NCBI GenBank assembly: GCA_965214835.1
Contig: CBDCCK010000002.1
Span: forward strand, 1,600,001 to 1,664,000
From: Nitrosopumilaceae archaeon
GTDB lineage: Archaea; Thermoproteota; Nitrososphaeria; Nitrososphaerales; Nitrosopumilaceae
Direction: 5' to 3'
DNA: 64,000 nucleotides
The number at the start of each line of letters is the position of its first letter. The first letter of the stretch is position 1. Below are positions 62,190 through 64,000 of the stretch, piece by piece. Under the pieces are notes generated by a model. That model ran no database searches and was not told the origin of the DNA. It worked only from the letters and a program-made list of their open reading frames with translations. The translations under genes were made by a program, and so were the position numbers.

Positions 62190-63730
62190 ATGCCTACAGC
62201 CTCGGAATTCAAGGCATTAAGCAAAGAGATGGCCTGCGCCAGGGCGGAGCTTCAGAAGACGCAGGAGGAGCTTGACACAGAAAGGATGGCATCTGCCATA
62301 AGGCAGGCCGATGATGCCGCACTAGTCGAGATGCAGGTGTCACAAATCAAGCAGCTCAAACACCGCATCGAATTTTATGAGCCCGCACAGCCTGTCATCA
62401 CAGAACTCGATACCGACCAAGCAGAAAAAGGCGACTGCGGCAAGGGAATCAGGCAAGGCACCGGCAAGGCCGGGCCAAAAACCCGGACACAGGGGCGTAT
62501 CACACAAGAGGCGCCCTACCCAGTACAAGACGCACGTGCCTGACAGGTGCGGCGCGTGCGGCTGATGCGACCTGACAGATCCGGTTCCCGCCGGAACCAG
62601 GATGGCTACTGACATTCCAGAGATCCCAGAGCCGGTCACGACACAGCACTACTCTACTCGCCGCAGGTGCCGCGGGTGCGGCGCCGTCACCGAGACAAAC
62701 GGGGGCGGACTGGTCGTTCCGGGCACCGAGTTTGAACCCAACATGGCCTCCTATATCTGCACCCTGCACGCCATGCCTGCCTCCATCGGTTCCATCAGGC
62801 GCATCGTAAGGGAGGTCTTTGGGATTGACGCCAGCAAGGGAATGATACAGAGCTGCCTCAAGGCTGCCGCAAAGGCGCTCGATCCGTGCGTGGAGGACAT
62901 CAAGACGGAGATTGCAGGATGCGACCACGTCCACATGGGCGAGACGGGGATGCCGTGCAACGGCAGAAGCGGCTACCTGTGGGGGGGTTGTTTCCTAATT
63001 CGCCAGAATTCCTGAAAACCGTTGAGATGCCACATGGATCAGGCGTACAAAAGGACAGAAATTCAGAAAACATGCAGATTGAGTCCGGCAGGTGGAATTA
63101 GGAAGCAACCCCATCTGTGGGTGGCAGTGAGCGTCAAGGACGGCGCGCCCGTCGGCGCGCACATGGTGGCGACCGACAGCAGGAGGGCATCCGTACTCGA
63201 CGAGTACCTTTCATACGTGCCCAGGATCGGGGTGACCGACGGGTACCCCGGGTACGAAAAGTTCTTCGGCAAGAACAGGTAGAGGTGCTGGGCCCACATG
63301 ACCTGGGAGGCAGACGCCCAGAGCGAAAAATCCGACTCTGGAGATCCGGGCCGCCGGCGAGCGACTCAAGGGAAGGCTGCACCACGCCAAGGGACTGGGC
63401 CGCCGGAGGGCGTCCGGTAGCACGACGGGCCGGTGGCAGAGACGCGCTAGATTGCCGCCATATGCGAGAGGAACGGGTGCAAGAGCTATGCCAAAGCTTG
63501 GGAACGCCTCGGGATTTCTCTACACGTTCAAGCTGCATCAGGGCATGGATCCCACCAACAACCTGGCTGAGCGCATGCTGAGACCCGGCGTGATCGCATG
63601 CAAGATACGGTTCGGGCTGCGGACTGCAGGCGGACTGAAGATGTTCGGCACCATATCTACGTGCTCTATAACTTGGCGCCTCCAGGGGCACAACGTGACG
63701 GACATGATCAGGGACGCGCTGATCAGAAAC
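62190..63730 (+). pseudogene. Decayed IS66 transposase
   Basis: GQKPGHRG, HMGETG, VTDGYPGY, RCWAH, NNLAERMLR, with several frameshifts. Confidence 0.85.
62984..63112. mobile_element. MITE-C copy in the IS66 pseudogene
   Basis: 129 bp; TSD ACCTGTGGG/ATCTGTGGG (1 mismatch). Confidence 0.88.
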
Positions 63731-63849
63731 CCCGGGTACGTGGTCATCTGCCCCTATCAACCATGTACGGATCTGCCTGCATCTGTGATCTTCATGCCTA
63801 GATGGAAGGAGGACGTGACTTCAATTCTGGCTAGGGACTATCCTATTAT

Positions 63850-64000
63850 GGGACGTGGTCCTGCGGTACCTGCCGCCGTACACGCCGGATCTGAACAACA
63901 CGGAGGGGCAGTGGCGCGGGCTAAAGAAGGCGACTTCAAACTGCCTTTACAGGACCGTCGGCGGGATGCAGAGATCCCTGCACAATATGACGCGCAGAAG
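63850..64000 (+). pseudogene. IS630 fragment, preceded by a degenerate MITE-A (about 63736-63820)
   Basis: YLPPYTPDLNNTEGQW, paralogous to 23275-23790. Confidence 0.75.

Overview
This 64 kb window is archaeal chromosome, most likely from an ammonia-oxidising thaumarchaeon (Nitrosopumilaceae). Support: archaeal histone, Cbf5, exosome/SBDS superoperon, rpoD, splicing endonuclease, and secreted proteins with PPLKQ- and PSWIK-type repeats. A serpin plus very heavy IS load suggests a host-associated (e.g. sponge-symbiont) lineage; this is inference. Intact core blocks (adk-cmk-cbf5, korAB, exosome cluster, four tRNAs) alternate with accessory regions fragmented by IS66, IS630, IS3, IS110, ISH3, IS5-like and IS481-like elements and by at least six non-autonomous MITE families, most with readable TIRs and several with target-site duplications. 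Highlights: (1) a candidate 4.9 kb composite transposon bounded by two 93-bp IS66-type MITEs sharing one 8-bp TSD; (2) an integrase-linked defence island (Zn-ribbon + MTase-Mrr fusion, SAMHD1-like HD hydrolase + YwgA/Panacea-like partner, HicBA) whose effectors are each inactivated; (3) unannotated Cys-rich microproteins (metallothionein-like, 8-Cys ending in GG, C2H2 finger); (4) a box C/D sRNA; (5) a serpin switched off by a (TG)5 slip. All calls are by eye; no database searches were run.
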